From a virus (Duplodnaviria; Heunggongvirae; Uroviricota; Caudoviricetes): 62,841 nt of DNA. Below are positions 46,712 through 55,871 of the stretch, piece after piece. The position numbers and the translations under genes are program-made. A model generated the notes under the pieces. It made no database searches. It worked only from the letters and a program-made list of their open reading frames with translations, and was not told the DNA's origin. Position 1 is the first letter of the stretch. Each line of letters begins with the position of its first letter. Location: positions 1 to 62,841 of IMG/VR virus record IMGVR_UViG_3300045973_000170, one strand, 5' to 3'.

Positions 46712-47175
46712 TCACCTATCGTATTGGGGATGCCACTGCTCCATTTGGCCCACCCGAAGAACGAAAGATAATCGTGCATGTGTGCAATGATTACGGCGGT
46801 TGGGGAAGGGGTTTTGTCTTGGCCCTTTCCTCACGTTGGCATGATCCGGAAAGAGCATATCGAAGTGTCAAACATCTAAAGCTCGGAACAATTCAGATTG
46901 TTCCTGTTAGTTTTCGAATTTGTGTGGTGAACATGATTGCTCAACATGGCAATTCCACCCCCACGGTTCCGGCCATTCAGTATGATGCGCTGAAACAGTG
47001 CTTGCAGAATGTTCATTCGGGAATGCAACTGTACCAGCTTTTGGATCAAAGTATTCATATGCCGCGCATCGGTTGTGGGTTAGGTGGTGGTGAGTGGGAG
47101 AAGGTGGAACAAATCATCAATGAAGTGTTCCCGCCAGAAACCAATATCAACGTTTACGACATGGGGGCCAAATGA
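46708..47175 (+). CDS. Macrodomain (Appr-1''-p/TARG1-DarG-like) ADP-ribose hydrolase
   Basis: GDAT, HVCND.GGWGRGF, VVNMIAQ, IHMPRIGCGLGGG.W. Confidence 0.88.
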   Translation: MITYRIGDATAPFGPPEERKIIVHVCNDYGGWGRGFVLALSSRWHDPERAYRSVKHLKLGTIQIVPVSFRICVVNMIAQHGNSTPTVPAIQYDALKQCLQNVHSGMQLYQLLDQSIHMPRIGCGLGGGEWEKVEQIINEVFPPETNINVYDMGAK

Positions 47176-47381
47176 TTCAGTCAATCAAAGAATGGTGGCA
47201 AGATGCGGGTGTTGTTGATCGATTTGTAGCATCATTAGTAACCTCATTCGTGATTTTCTTGTATGGAATCTTGTGTGTCATTAGCGATGGATGGATGTTT
47301 GCCATTCTCATCCTTTTCATTCTGATCTACAATTTCATGAATTGGTTTTCCAAGGAGAGTCCAAATGCTAAAGGTAACTGA
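47172..47381 (+). CDS. Small two-TM membrane protein
   Basis: Hydrophobic segments. Confidence 0.6.
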   Translation: MIQSIKEWWQDAGVVDRFVASLVTSFVIFLYGILCVISDGWMFAILILFILIYNFMNWFSKESPNAKGN

Positions 47382-47613
47382 ATTCGTCCAGACTTGTGGT
47401 GCCTGTCCTGCACAGTGGGAAGGTAAGCTTGACAACGGCGATTCCTTCTATGCTCGCTTCCGTTTTGGCCATGGTTATGTGACCACGGGAAAGACCATGG
47501 ATGATGCAGTCTTTGGTGACGTTTTGATTGAGTGGAACACTGATGGTGAATACGATGGCGTCATGTCCACTAGTGAATTGAAGGAGAAGACCAAGAGTGT
47601 TTTGGAATGGTAA
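47365..47613 (+). CDS. Hypothetical protein
   Basis: TCGACPAQWEG...YARFRFG. Confidence 0.65.
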   Translation: MLKVTEFVQTCGACPAQWEGKLDNGDSFYARFRFGHGYVTTGKTMDDAVFGDVLIEWNTDGEYDGVMSTSELKEKTKSVLEW

Positions 47614-47744
47614 ACTTGCATGAGTTTCCTTTTCATTACTTCATTCCCCGCTTGTTTGGAATCATGGTCTTTTCTATTCTGGCCTGTATCGGAATGTATC
47701 TAGTGAGGAACAGGTTGAAGAAGGACAAGACTGATGAAGTATGA
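47607..47744 (+). CDS. Small single-TM protein (45 aa; not in the track)
   Basis: MVNLHEFPFHYFIPRLFGIMVFSILACIGMYLVRNRLKKDKTDEV. Confidence 0.5.
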   Translation: MVNLHEFPFHYFIPRLFGIMVFSILACIGMYLVRNRLKKDKTDEV

Positions 47745-47892
47745 TTACGAAACACTCTGTGACGGATGTGCTGATGAAATTGTCAAGAGCAAGAAGTGCA
47801 ACAAGGTGGTTATGAATTCGGCTGAATACGACCTCTGCGACAAGTGCTATCAGAAGCTTGTTGAATGGTTCAACAAGGAGATAACTGTATGA
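47734..47892 (+). CDS. Small zinc-finger protein (52 aa; not in the track)
   Basis: MKYDYETLCDGC...DLCDKCYQKLVEWF. Confidence 0.6.
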   Translation: MKYDYETLCDGCADEIVKSKKCNKVVMNSAEYDLCDKCYQKLVEWFNKEITV

Positions 47893-48152
47893 GTGGCCCA
47901 ATGGATGAAATGATGTTAGATATACCCTTTCAGGACATTGATCGACAAGGTGATTACCTTGCGGCCCTTGAAACAGAAGTGGTAGAGTTGCGTAAGGACA
48001 GGGATCGGCTGGACAAGCTGAATGCCCATCGTATCGCGGCATCCCATGATGATGGATATGGAAACGAAGAACTGGATTACTACTATTGGGAATTGCGGTG
48101 TCAGTGTTATGATATTCGTGATGCCATCGACAACGGAGAAATCAATGGATAA
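47889..48152 (+). CDS. Hypothetical protein
   Basis: ATGA overlap with the previous ORF; ends DIRDAID. Confidence 0.55.
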   Translation: MSGPMDEMMLDIPFQDIDRQGDYLAALETEVVELRKDRDRLDKLNAHRIAASHDDGYGNEELDYYYWELRCQCYDIRDAIDNGEING

Positions 48153-48375
48153 GGAAATCGTACTAAAGAATGAACGCTTGAAAAAGCTTGTTGGATGGCT
48201 GGAAAAGAAGAGCCTTCCCATGCGAGCCTTGATTTTGACTGCCAGTGGATTTCTCGCCTTGGGTGTTATCTTCTCGGCGTTTGCCATCATCTATCTTGTT
48301 CTTGGGCTGGTTGGGTTGTTTGCCGCTATCATGTTTACTGTGGCGTATGTGCTTCTTCTCTCGGCCATGTTATGA
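48145..48375 (+). CDS. Small two-TM membrane protein
   Basis: MDKEIV...GWLEKKS followed by hydrophobic helices. Confidence 0.6.
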   Translation: MDKEIVLKNERLKKLVGWLEKKSLPMRALILTASGFLALGVIFSAFAIIYLVLGLVGLFAAIMFTVAYVLLLSAML

Positions 48376-48737
48376 GGAACACCTGTCCACGGTGTAAACA
48401 TGCGGCAGAAGATCATGCTCCTTATCGGAGCTTCTGCCCCTTGACAGAGAAGGAAGTTCTGTATATGATCATTGAGCTACAGCGCGTCAACCTTCAAGAG
48501 AATGCTAAAGACAAGCATCGTCTTGACTTCTTGAGTTTCTGGGTGGCTAAGAGGGAATGGTTGGACATTGGCTACAATCCTCCGATGCGGGAATTTCTTG
48601 AGGATGGCACGGAGAAGATTAGCGGAAGCTCAGAGTACTACTTGAATGGGGGCAACTACGCCCCCACGCTGAGAGAAGCGGTTGACAAGTGGCTGGATGA
48701 CCAAGAACACAAGGAGGATATCGATGGAGAAGCTTAA
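48372..48737 (+). CDS. Hypothetical protein
   Basis: MRNTCPRC...TLREAVD. Confidence 0.55.
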   Translation: MRNTCPRCKHAAEDHAPYRSFCPLTEKEVLYMIIELQRVNLQENAKDKHRLDFLSFWVAKREWLDIGYNPPMREFLEDGTEKISGSSEYYLNGGNYAPTLREAVDKWLDDQEHKEDIDGEA

Positions 48738-48984
48738 AGGAAAGTTGGAGATATGGCTTGAAAAGGTTATGGGTTGGTTTGAAAAGAAATCTCCATTTGT
48801 TCAGGCATTGCTTGCCACCGTTGCTATTATTGTGGGGATTTCATTGTTCCTTGTGATTAGTGTTTCCACCGTTGTTGTCTTCTGGAAAGTCTTTGGGTGG
48901 GGAAATCTCCTTCTCATTCCCATCCTGTGGTTGTTTGGATGGTTGTGGAGTGAATTCTATGACAAGAGAACGAGGGGCTATTAA
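48724..48984 (+). CDS. Small two-TM membrane protein
   Basis: GWFEKKS followed by hydrophobic helices. Confidence 0.6.
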   Translation: MEKLKGKLEIWLEKVMGWFEKKSPFVQALLATVAIIVGISLFLVISVSTVVVFWKVFGWGNLLLIPILWLFGWLWSEFYDKRTRGY

Positions 48985-49238
48985 TGGACATTCCGAAGAT
49001 GCCAAAGCCAGAAATTACTCGTTGGAAGCGATTTGAAAATTGGGTGGACAGCCTTCCACGCTTTCCCGCTTCGATGGTCATTGCCGCCACCCTTATGATC
49101 GCTATAGGCTTGGTGGCTGGCTTGTCCATTCTCTTGGGTCTATTCCTCTTCAAGCTTGCGGGTGGTGTTGGGTTGATTATCGCAATCATCTTTTTCATGG
49201 TGACATTCTTCATCTATCAGGTCTTGGGGGCTTCATGA
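48984..49238 (+). CDS. Small two-TM membrane protein
   Basis: Hydrophobic helices. Confidence 0.6.
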   Translation: MDIPKMPKPEITRWKRFENWVDSLPRFPASMVIAATLMIAIGLVAGLSILLGLFLFKLAGGVGLIIAIIFFMVTFFIYQVLGAS

Positions 49239-49573
49239 ACATGCTAGATATGGTGATTCAATTCGCCAAGGAACTGAAGGGAATGCAAGTGGGTAACCGC
49301 AACATGCAAATCAAGATTAGCAACCTGAAACGCCAGTTGGGGGAAATGCACAACACGGTTCAGGCTTGGAAGGCAAAGCATCAAAAGCAACATGACATTG
49401 CGGAACACCTGTTGCAATCCTTGTACACCAAGGGAAGATTTGAACAGGATGGAATTCCCTATGCCGTGTGGCGTTATGATTATCTCAAGGGAACGGGGTT
49501 CATCACGGAAGAGCTTACCACTTCTTCCTTTGGCAAAACCATCGAATATGTGGTGCATCCCGATGAAGACTAG
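49235..49573 (+). CDS. Hypothetical coiled-coil protein
   Basis: ATGA overlap; start trimmed. Confidence 0.55.
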   Translation: MNMLDMVIQFAKELKGMQVGNRNMQIKISNLKRQLGEMHNTVQAWKAKHQKQHDIAEHLLQSLYTKGRFEQDGIPYAVWRYDYLKGTGFITEELTTSSFGKTIEYVVHPDED

Positions 49574-49820
49574 AAAAGAAGTTGCTGATATGATCATTGC
49601 TTTGGGAAAATCATTGGAACGCAATGATGCCCTCTGTGAAGAACAATGGGAAATGCTTGATGTTTTCTGCAACATTCCGGAAGAGTGGGCTGAATGTGAA
49701 CGGTTGGCTGACCTTCCCCAGATTAACGAAGTCCTTTTCAATTTTGGCCAAGACCCCACCGGGGATAATGGCATTTGTCTCGTTCGGGAAATCCGAAGAG
49801 AAATTCGGGGGGTGCGTTGA
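49563..49820 (+). CDS. Hypothetical protein
   Basis: Operon packing; start trimmed. Confidence 0.5.
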   Translation: MKTRKEVADMIIALGKSLERNDALCEEQWEMLDVFCNIPEEWAECERLADLPQINEVLFNFGQDPTGDNGICLVREIRREIRGVR

Positions 49821-50002
49821 TGGCACAGAAAGCGTTAAGCCAATTTCAAGTGGTGCATGGAGATTCACTGGCTCATGTGTTTATCTTTGCCTTGGATACG
49901 GACGGTCATCTGTGGCGTGGATATCATCAGTATCCAGATGGGCCAGATGTAAAATGGGAACGTATTCAAAATCCCCCTCACAACAAGGACACTGACCTAT
50001 GA
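49820..50002 (+). CDS. Hypothetical protein
   Basis: TGATG overlap; FALDTDGHLW. Confidence 0.55.
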   Translation: MAQKALSQFQVVHGDSLAHVFIFALDTDGHLWRGYHQYPDGPDVKWERIQNPPHNKDTDL

Positions 50003-50193
50003 AAAAGGCTGTCTTGAAGGAACTGTGGCGTAATCTTGATCCACCCCTGAAGGTGATGAGTCTGATGGTTACTGTCTTGTCTCTCCTATTGATTTGGATG
50101 TTGACCATCATCACCAAGGGACTCTTCATTCTTGTCATTCTTGCCTTCTGGGGAATCATCAAGCTCTTGAATCGATGGAGTGAAAGCCCATGA
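49999..50193 (+). CDS. Small two-TM membrane protein
   Basis: Hydrophobic helices. Confidence 0.6.
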   Translation: MKKAVLKELWRNLDPPLKVMSLMVTVLSLLLIWMLTIITKGLFILVILAFWGIIKLLNRWSESP

Positions 50194-50414
50194 AACGCCC
50201 CACTAAGGCAGAAATAGAAAAGGCACATCGTATTCTGGAACGGGAAGAACAAGCTGACAAGCCCCGCAGGGACGCTCAAATTGAGGCCGATGCTCGTTGG
50301 ATGGCCGATGAAGCCACTGCCTCCTATGAATACAATTCATACAAGAATCGCCCTGCTGGTTGCACCTGTGTTTCCTGTACCGACTATCGAAAGAAATATG
50401 GAGTGACCCCATGA
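50190..50414 (+). CDS. Hypothetical protein
   Basis: ATGA overlaps; CTCVSC. Confidence 0.55.
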   Translation: MKRPTKAEIEKAHRILEREEQADKPRRDAQIEADARWMADEATASYEYNSYKNRPAGCTCVSCTDYRKKYGVTP

Positions 50415-50869
50415 AAGAAGTAGAAAACCACATCTGGTTCAACGAGGAAGTCATTCAGAACAGCGATGGCATCTGGAAGGAGGGGTATTACTTTTCTGAC
50501 GAAGCGGAACAGTTGAATGGCCCCTACGCTTCTCAAAAGGAAGCCAAGGCTGATCTGGCACGGTATTGCGACACGTTCCTCAAGTCCATGTCTCCCTATG
50601 AGAAAGAAGTCCAACTGGCCTACCAAGCGGTCATGGATGGCTTTGGTTGTCCTGCCCCTGATGATGAATATTGCGGAGGTTGCGCCAACCTCATGAGAAA
50701 ATTCGAAGAAGCGGTTCGCTCTCATGAACGTTCCCTCGTCTACGTTCCCACGGAACTTCGTGCCGCCCAACAGGTCATCGCCTTCTACGCCTGTGTCATA
50801 AAATCCGGAGAACGCTGGTCGCCAGCCTGTGAAACCGCCATGCAGGACGCACTGGCCAGCCTCCGATGA
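50411..50869 (+). CDS. Hypothetical protein
   Basis: ATGA overlaps; start trimmed. Confidence 0.55.
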   Translation: MKEVENHIWFNEEVIQNSDGIWKEGYYFSDEAEQLNGPYASQKEAKADLARYCDTFLKSMSPYEKEVQLAYQAVMDGFGCPAPDDEYCGGCANLMRKFEEAVRSHERSLVYVPTELRAAQQVIAFYACVIKSGERWSPACETAMQDALASLR

Positions 50870-51060
50870 GACACACTACATGGACGAACGGGAAGCGCAC
50901 GGTCAAGGGGTGTTGGAATTACTATTGGGCTTCCGACTGTTTTGTGGTGACGCTCTTTCAGCGTGACCGGACAACCGGGGCCAGCGAAAAAACATTTCGC
51001 GTCTATGGCGATACCCCAGAATGGGGCAATTGGAAAATGCAAAAGGAAAACGCCCCATGA
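50866..51060 (+). CDS. Hypothetical protein
   Basis: ATGA overlaps. Confidence 0.55.
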   Translation: MRHTTWTNGKRTVKGCWNYYWASDCFVVTLFQRDRTTGASEKTFRVYGDTPEWGNWKMQKENAP

Positions 51061-51413
51061 AAGTCCTCTCCATCCGTCAACCATGGGCTTGGCTCATCGT
51101 TCAGGGGATCAAGGACATTGAGAATAGAACATGGAGAACGAAATTTCGGGGGCAGTTTCTTGTCCACGCCAGCCTGAAGTTCGACAAGGAAGGATATAGA
51201 GCCATCCAGAGAAAACATTTCGTCTACATGCCACAACCCCATGAGTTTGACCGGGGATGCGTTGTGGGCTATTCCATGCTGGTGGATTGCGTAGAGGAAC
51301 ACAAGAGTCCATGGATGGGGGACGCCTTTGGGTTCGTTCTCACGGAGTCTCACCCCTTACTCACCCCCATCCCTCTCAAGGGGAAGTTGGGATTCTTCGA
51401 TTACGTTGGATGA
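51057..51413 (+). CDS. ASCH domain protein
   Basis: MKVLSIRQPWAWLIV.G.KDIENR.W....RG..LVHAS...KGKLGFF. Confidence 0.9.
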   Translation: MKVLSIRQPWAWLIVQGIKDIENRTWRTKFRGQFLVHASLKFDKEGYRAIQRKHFVYMPQPHEFDRGCVVGYSMLVDCVEEHKSPWMGDAFGFVLTESHPLLTPIPLKGKLGFFDYVG

Positions 51414-51573
51414 CCTTCAGCAAACTCCAAGCATCTACCAGTACCGTGTGATCCTCACGGTGAAAGATGGGGAACCCTGTTCGCATCCGGGTTGCTTGAG
51501 CCATAGGAGCCACCCCTGCGAAGGCTGTGGAAGAATTGGGGGAATAGGAAAAGGAATAATGCGAAACGGTTAA
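51328..51573 (+). CDS. Hypothetical Cys/His-rich protein (true start probably about 51406)
   Basis: DGEPCSHPGCLSHRSHPCEGCGRIGG. Confidence 0.4.
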   Translation: MGSFSRSLTPYSPPSLSRGSWDSSITLDDLQQTPSIYQYRVILTVKDGEPCSHPGCLSHRSHPCEGCGRIGGIGKGIMRNG

Positions 51574-51694
51574 TTTTGGTGTGCATAGCATGTGGTTTGG
51601 TTGAGAATTCCCCTGAGAGAATTTTTTCGGGGGGATTTTTTTCAAAGTGTCAACCTCCTTTCATGTGCCATCGCCCCCATGTGCCATGTGTATG

Positions 51695-52860
51695 TCAGGG
51701 TTTTCCCTAGACTCATATAGGGGTTTTCCTTAGGGGATTCGCAACGTCGGCGGGTCAGGGAAACCCTTACAGCGTGGGTAAGGCGAAGCCCCACATCACT
51801 GTGGGGCTTGGCCCTACGTTGTTCGCCCTACACCGTTGCGGTGGTTGCCCCTGAGAGAACACCCGACGCGATGAGTGAGGGAATGTCGGTAGCCGTTGAC
51901 ACTTCCAACGTGTCACCGTTGAGCTTCGCCACCGTCACGCCGTCGAGCCTGAACTGCCGGAACTTCGCGCTAGGGAGCATCGCCTCAACTTCCTGCCGCG
52001 CAATCGTTTCCGGCTTGCTATTGACCGTGCGGTAGTTGGCCTTTACGATTACGTCTTTACGCATCGTCAGGCCGGAAATGTGCAGGTTGCCCGTTTCCAG
52101 ATGCACCTTTACGCCTTTGATCGCTGTCGGGGCGTAGGCATCAGCACCAGTATACGCGCTGTTATTGCCCACGCCCTTGTCAAGCGACTCCGTGCGGCTG
52201 GCGCGTATCTTCTCAGCGGCGGCAAGCTGAAGACCCGTCAGCGTGGGCATGAGTACCGCCAGCGTTTCGAGGTCGCGGCGGTAGAGGTTTTCCGTGGACG
52301 CGCCCAGAATGAGCAGATGCCGCGCAACTTCCACCGTCAGGCGCGGCCCGGACGGTTGGGCAACGTAGACGAAAGACGCGAACTTCGCCCCCGCCATCGT
52401 TGCGAGTGATTCCAGCAGAGCGACAAAAGCCGACATGGTAGACCCCCAGAGGGTTTAGGTTGACCCCTGAATATCGCCAAATGCACAAACTTCAGCAGTC
52501 AGGGAAACCCCATGAGATTACTCAGGGAAACCTTTACAGCCATGTAGGGCAAACCCCTAAGGGTTTCGCAACACCGGGGGTGTCAGGGAAAACCTTACAC
52601 GAAGTGTAAGGCTTTCCCTGACACGGCGGGGTTGACTTTCCCCTAAGGGAATCCCTGATGCTTCGTTGTTGGGAAACCCTTACAGCCATGTAAGGGTTTT
52701 CCTTAGGACAATCCCCTACAACGGCGTAGGGTTTTCCCCTACAGCGTGGGCAAGAGAAACCCCTACAGCCCTGTCAGATAATGCCTGACAGGGCTGTAGG
52801 GGTTGTGCTGTAGGTAAATGCTGAATAGCAAATCAGGGAATGCCTGATAGACACCCGGAT
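51695..52860. repeat. Clusters of AGGG-N3/4-CCCT palindromes and long inverted repeats flanking ORF 51828..52436
   Basis: For example 52579-52623 (21-bp arms, 1 mismatch, GAA loop) and 52758-52804 (perfect 20-bp arms); at least 10 motif copies in 52499-52850. Confidence 0.85.
51828..52436 (-). CDS. Hypothetical protein (GC-rich early gene)
   Basis: 202 aa ORF; hairpin aagccccac-atcact-gtggggctt downstream. Confidence 0.7.
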   Translation of the reverse strand: MSAFVALLESLATMAGAKFASFVYVAQPSGPRLTVEVARHLLILGASTENLYRRDLETLAVLMPTLTGLQLAAAEKIRASRTESLDKGVGNNSAYTGADAYAPTAIKGVKVHLETGNLHISGLTMRKDVIVKANYRTVNSKPETIARQEVEAMLPSAKFRQFRLDGVTVAKLNGDTLEVSTATDIPSLIASGVLSGATTATV

Positions 52861-52908
52861 ACGACAAAGGGGTGACGGTGCCAGATTCAGCACCGCCACC
52901 CCTTCGCC

Positions 52909-53952
52909 TTACTTCGTCAGGGCCAGTAGGCCGCTGAAAACTTGGAGCTTCGCGTCAGCCATCGGGCCGTAAATCAGCCCTTCGGCCTTCGCCTCTAACG
53001 TCTTCGGACGCCAGAGGGCTACCGAGTGGTCGGCGGCTTCCGTTACTGCCGTGTACGCCTCCCACGCGCTACCGTTGCCCGTGTGACCGAGGCCACCCGT
53101 CCACAACGCCGTTAGCAGTTCGCGCCGATCCTCGACGCGCTTGATAATCCCGGCGTTGCTTCGGCCTTCCGTCTTCGCTTCCGGCATTGGCGCGATGACA
53201 TCCAGCACGGAACGCCGAAAAGTCGCCTCGTCAATGATGAGGGCGCGCAGGGCCAGAATATCGCGCCCTACTGCCTCACGTTGGGCGACCACGCCGCCCC
53301 AAAGCTTCTCGACGCCATCCAGCACCCGCAACCGTGCATTGCGCGTGTGCTTCGTGAGAAACTTTGACGTTGCCGAGTTTACGGCCATGCGCTCCGTGTT
53401 CGCGCAGACTACCGTTACGTCGGTGTCGTAGAACCCGATGGAATCTTTGCCCGACAGGGACGAAACGGCCAGCCCATAGGCTACCATCTTGTCCCCGAAA
53501 GCTTCGCGGCAAACATCGCCAAACTTCTCGATATTCCACCGCATCAGCATGAAAACCTTTTCCCCGTCGCGGAGAACGCCAGCGGTTTCGATAGTCGCCA
53601 GCCCTTCCGCAATAAATGGGTCTAGTGACCGCATCACTTCGGAGTGCTGGACAACCTCAAACGACGGTGACGCCGTGCCGATTTCGGCGTTGGTGTCGGT
53701 GCGAACGATTGCCGCCGACCTTGTGCTTTCCTTCTGGAACGTGTCGCCGTCTTCCGTGTACGCCGTGAACGTCTGGGGCCGCAGTTCGGCCTCGAAATCG
53801 CCACGGCACGCCTTCATTGCCGCCGCGCTGTCCTTCGGCCTGTCGGCTTCCTGAAAGTAGGTGCCGAGATTGTGCCACGCCAGCGAAACCTCACGCCGTA
53901 CCACTTGGAAAAACGAGAACGTCCCGTCTTTCTCTTCCAGTTCGTGCGCCAT
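52909..53952 (-). CDS. DUF932 (DUF945/TIGR03299-like) family protein
   Basis: MAHEL...AWHNLG, VRTDTN..IG......VVQH, ETAGVLRDG.KVF, VVCANT, KHT, GSAWEAY.AVTE. Confidence 0.8.
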   Translation of the reverse strand: MAHELEEKDGTFSFFQVVRREVSLAWHNLGTYFQEADRPKDSAAAMKACRGDFEAELRPQTFTAYTEDGDTFQKESTRSAAIVRTDTNAEIGTASPSFEVVQHSEVMRSLDPFIAEGLATIETAGVLRDGEKVFMLMRWNIEKFGDVCREAFGDKMVAYGLAVSSLSGKDSIGFYDTDVTVVCANTERMAVNSATSKFLTKHTRNARLRVLDGVEKLWGGVVAQREAVGRDILALRALIIDEATFRRSVLDVIAPMPEAKTEGRSNAGIIKRVEDRRELLTALWTGGLGHTGNGSAWEAYTAVTEAADHSVALWRPKTLEAKAEGLIYGPMADAKLQVFSGLLALTK

Positions 53953-54309
53953 CTTTTCCCCCTTGCCAGTTGGCGGGTATGACTCGCGCTAGGTGCGCGG
54001 GTACCTCTCGCCAGATTGTCAAACAGCCCTACACTCGAAACGTAGCCGGGGGCGCATCATTTCCGCAAGTGTTGGCCGAAAGTTTCTCGCGGATATTCCC
54101 CTTAGTTGGGCGTCAGTCGTTGTCCTAAGGGATTCTCTCACGGGGTTGTAGGGGTTTCCCTGACCCGGACGGTGTTGCGTTTCCCTTAGGGCATTCCCTC
54201 ACTCACCTGTCATCTATTCCCTGACCCCGCCGCACAATACACGACTAGGGCATTCTCTCACGGGGTTGTAAGAGTTTGCCCTAGTCGCATGGCTCACGGG
54301 GGAGTGAGG

Positions 54310-54537
54310 CTATCTCGCGGGTCTGTCCTTATTCCCGTTTAGCTCACGGCGTCGGATTGAACCCACGTTGTACCCGTCGCCGTAGAGTAATGCTGAATCG
54401 TCTTTGTAATGCCCCTCGTTGTAGGGCAATCCGTTGCGGCCATCGTCCCACCCGTCACGCCATGACTGTGCGGGGTGCATTCCTACCGTGGCCCTGTGCG
54501 TGACAGTTGGTATGATTCTTCCCATACATTCGTGCAT
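54310..54537 (-). CDS. Hypothetical protein
   Basis: 75 aa; GWDDG..G/YGDGY..G repeat. Confidence 0.55.
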   Translation of the reverse strand: MHECMGRIIPTVTHRATVGMHPAQSWRDGWDDGRNGLPYNEGHYKDDSALLYGDGYNVGSIRRRELNGNKDRPAR

Positions 54538-54643
54538 TGTATCCCCTGAGAGGCAACTAATGATATTTCCTGGGATTGAATCAACCTACCATGTCGCAAC
54601 GTTTTCCGCAACGTTTACATTTACGTTTGCGTTGACGTTTGTG

Positions 54644-55369
54644 TTAAATGTTCGTCCGGGTTCCTGTATACTTGTGGCCCGTGCTACCGTGGGCGAGGAT
54701 TGCCACGTTACGCTGGCTGGCCCCGTCGCATACTCCGCATTCCACGCACGTTGTCAAATGTCCACGTTCAGCACTCGCGGGACAATGGATAGCGTTGGCG
54801 GGAATAGGCTCCAACACGGGCAACACGCGGAACGTTCCGAAACCCTTTGCGTTTGCCTTGGCTACGTCTTCCGCTGTCTCTGTCGATGCTTGACAGAAAT
54901 AGGAGAGGTTGGCAAATCTCTTGCTACGCCATTGGTGAGTGTAGCCCGTTGTCATCTTGGCATAGGCTGAAATAGCCCTGAGGATATGTACCGGGGCGGC
55001 GGCGGGGTCGCCGTAGGTGCCGAGTCTCACGGGGCGATTGGCGAACATGGCATAGTCCGAAATAACCGGATAGTTACCACGCTTCCACGCCTTATAGACG
55101 TTGTTCGGGCCAGTGTCAATACGGACGTAGCAAGTACGCAACCCCGTGAGAGGGTTGCGACGGTGGATGCACCCACCACAGATGCAAGCATCCGTGCCGT
55201 TTTTTACGGCGTTCATCGGGTTTTCGTCGGCGTTCAAGAAATACGTCTGGATCATTCCACCCGTCTTGGCGTTGGAACTAGCCGTCTTGAAACCGATGGC
55301 GATAACTACAATCGCCTTGCCGTTCAAGAGTGACGGGCCTTCATAGAGTACTACGCCGTTGGAAGTCAT
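54644..55369 (-). CDS. Cys-rich GP88-like (possibly Fe-S/radical-SAM-like) phage protein
   Basis: LYEGPSLLNG, NAKTG.MIQTY, CICGGC.HR...CYV, RLGTYGDP, TGYTHQW, CPAS...TCVECGVC; start trimmed to 55369. Confidence 0.65.
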   Translation of the reverse strand: MTSNGVVLYEGPSLLNGKAIVVIAIGFKTASSNAKTGGMIQTYFLNADENPMNAVKNGTDACICGGCIHRRNPLTGLRTCYVRIDTGPNNVYKAWKRGNYPVISDYAMFANRPVRLGTYGDPAAAPVHILRAISAYAKMTTGYTHQWRSKRFANLSYFCQASTETAEDVAKANAKGFGTFRVLPVLEPIPANAIHCPASAERGHLTTCVECGVCDGASQRNVAILAHGSTGHKYTGTRTNI

Positions 55370-55424
55370 GGAGTAAAGGTAAACCCCGACCAACCGTGGC
55401 GGTAGTCGGGGTTTCCCTGAATCT

Positions 55425-55802
55425 TTAGAACGTGATGGTGCCACCAAACCGCTTGACTGTCGCAATGGCGTCGGACAAATCTGTGTGGTTTTCTTTCTGT
55501 GCCACGCCCACCGGAGCCGACTTGCGAACAACGCAAGCCATCACCTTGGAAGGACGGCCACGGCGCAAGCCGCTTGCCAGCTTCTCAGGGGAACGGCGGG
55601 GAATATCCCCACGCTTGTAGAAATTGCTGGTGCCGTAGTACACCGAGCGAATTGACAGCGGGGATATTCCCCACGTTGGCGAAACTTCCTCCATGGCCGC
55701 ACCCGACTTCCACCCACGGGAAATCAGGGTGTCAATTTCCCTACGGAGTTTTGCTACCAGTTCGAACGTCCAACGGCGATTGCGACGGGCAACGGTCATC
55801 AT
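55425..55802 (-). CDS. Hypothetical protein, possible HTH
   Basis: RRWT.E.V..L...G......V...WGIS..SI..VY. Confidence 0.6.
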   Translation of the reverse strand: MMTVARRNRRWTFELVAKLRREIDTLISRGWKSGAAMEEVSPTWGISPLSIRSVYYGTSNFYKRGDIPRRSPEKLASGLRRGRPSKVMACVVRKSAPVGVAQKENHTDLSDAIATVKRFGGTITF

Positions 55803-55871
55803 GGTAGTAATCCGGATGGATTGTTTGACGGGAGCCGTTCGTGAATCGTGAGCTAATGGTAAATTCCCGGC

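Noticed and set aside
51695-52860. CRISPR array
   Set aside because: Repeats are degenerate, variably oriented and irregularly spaced, with no unique spacers and no cas genes.
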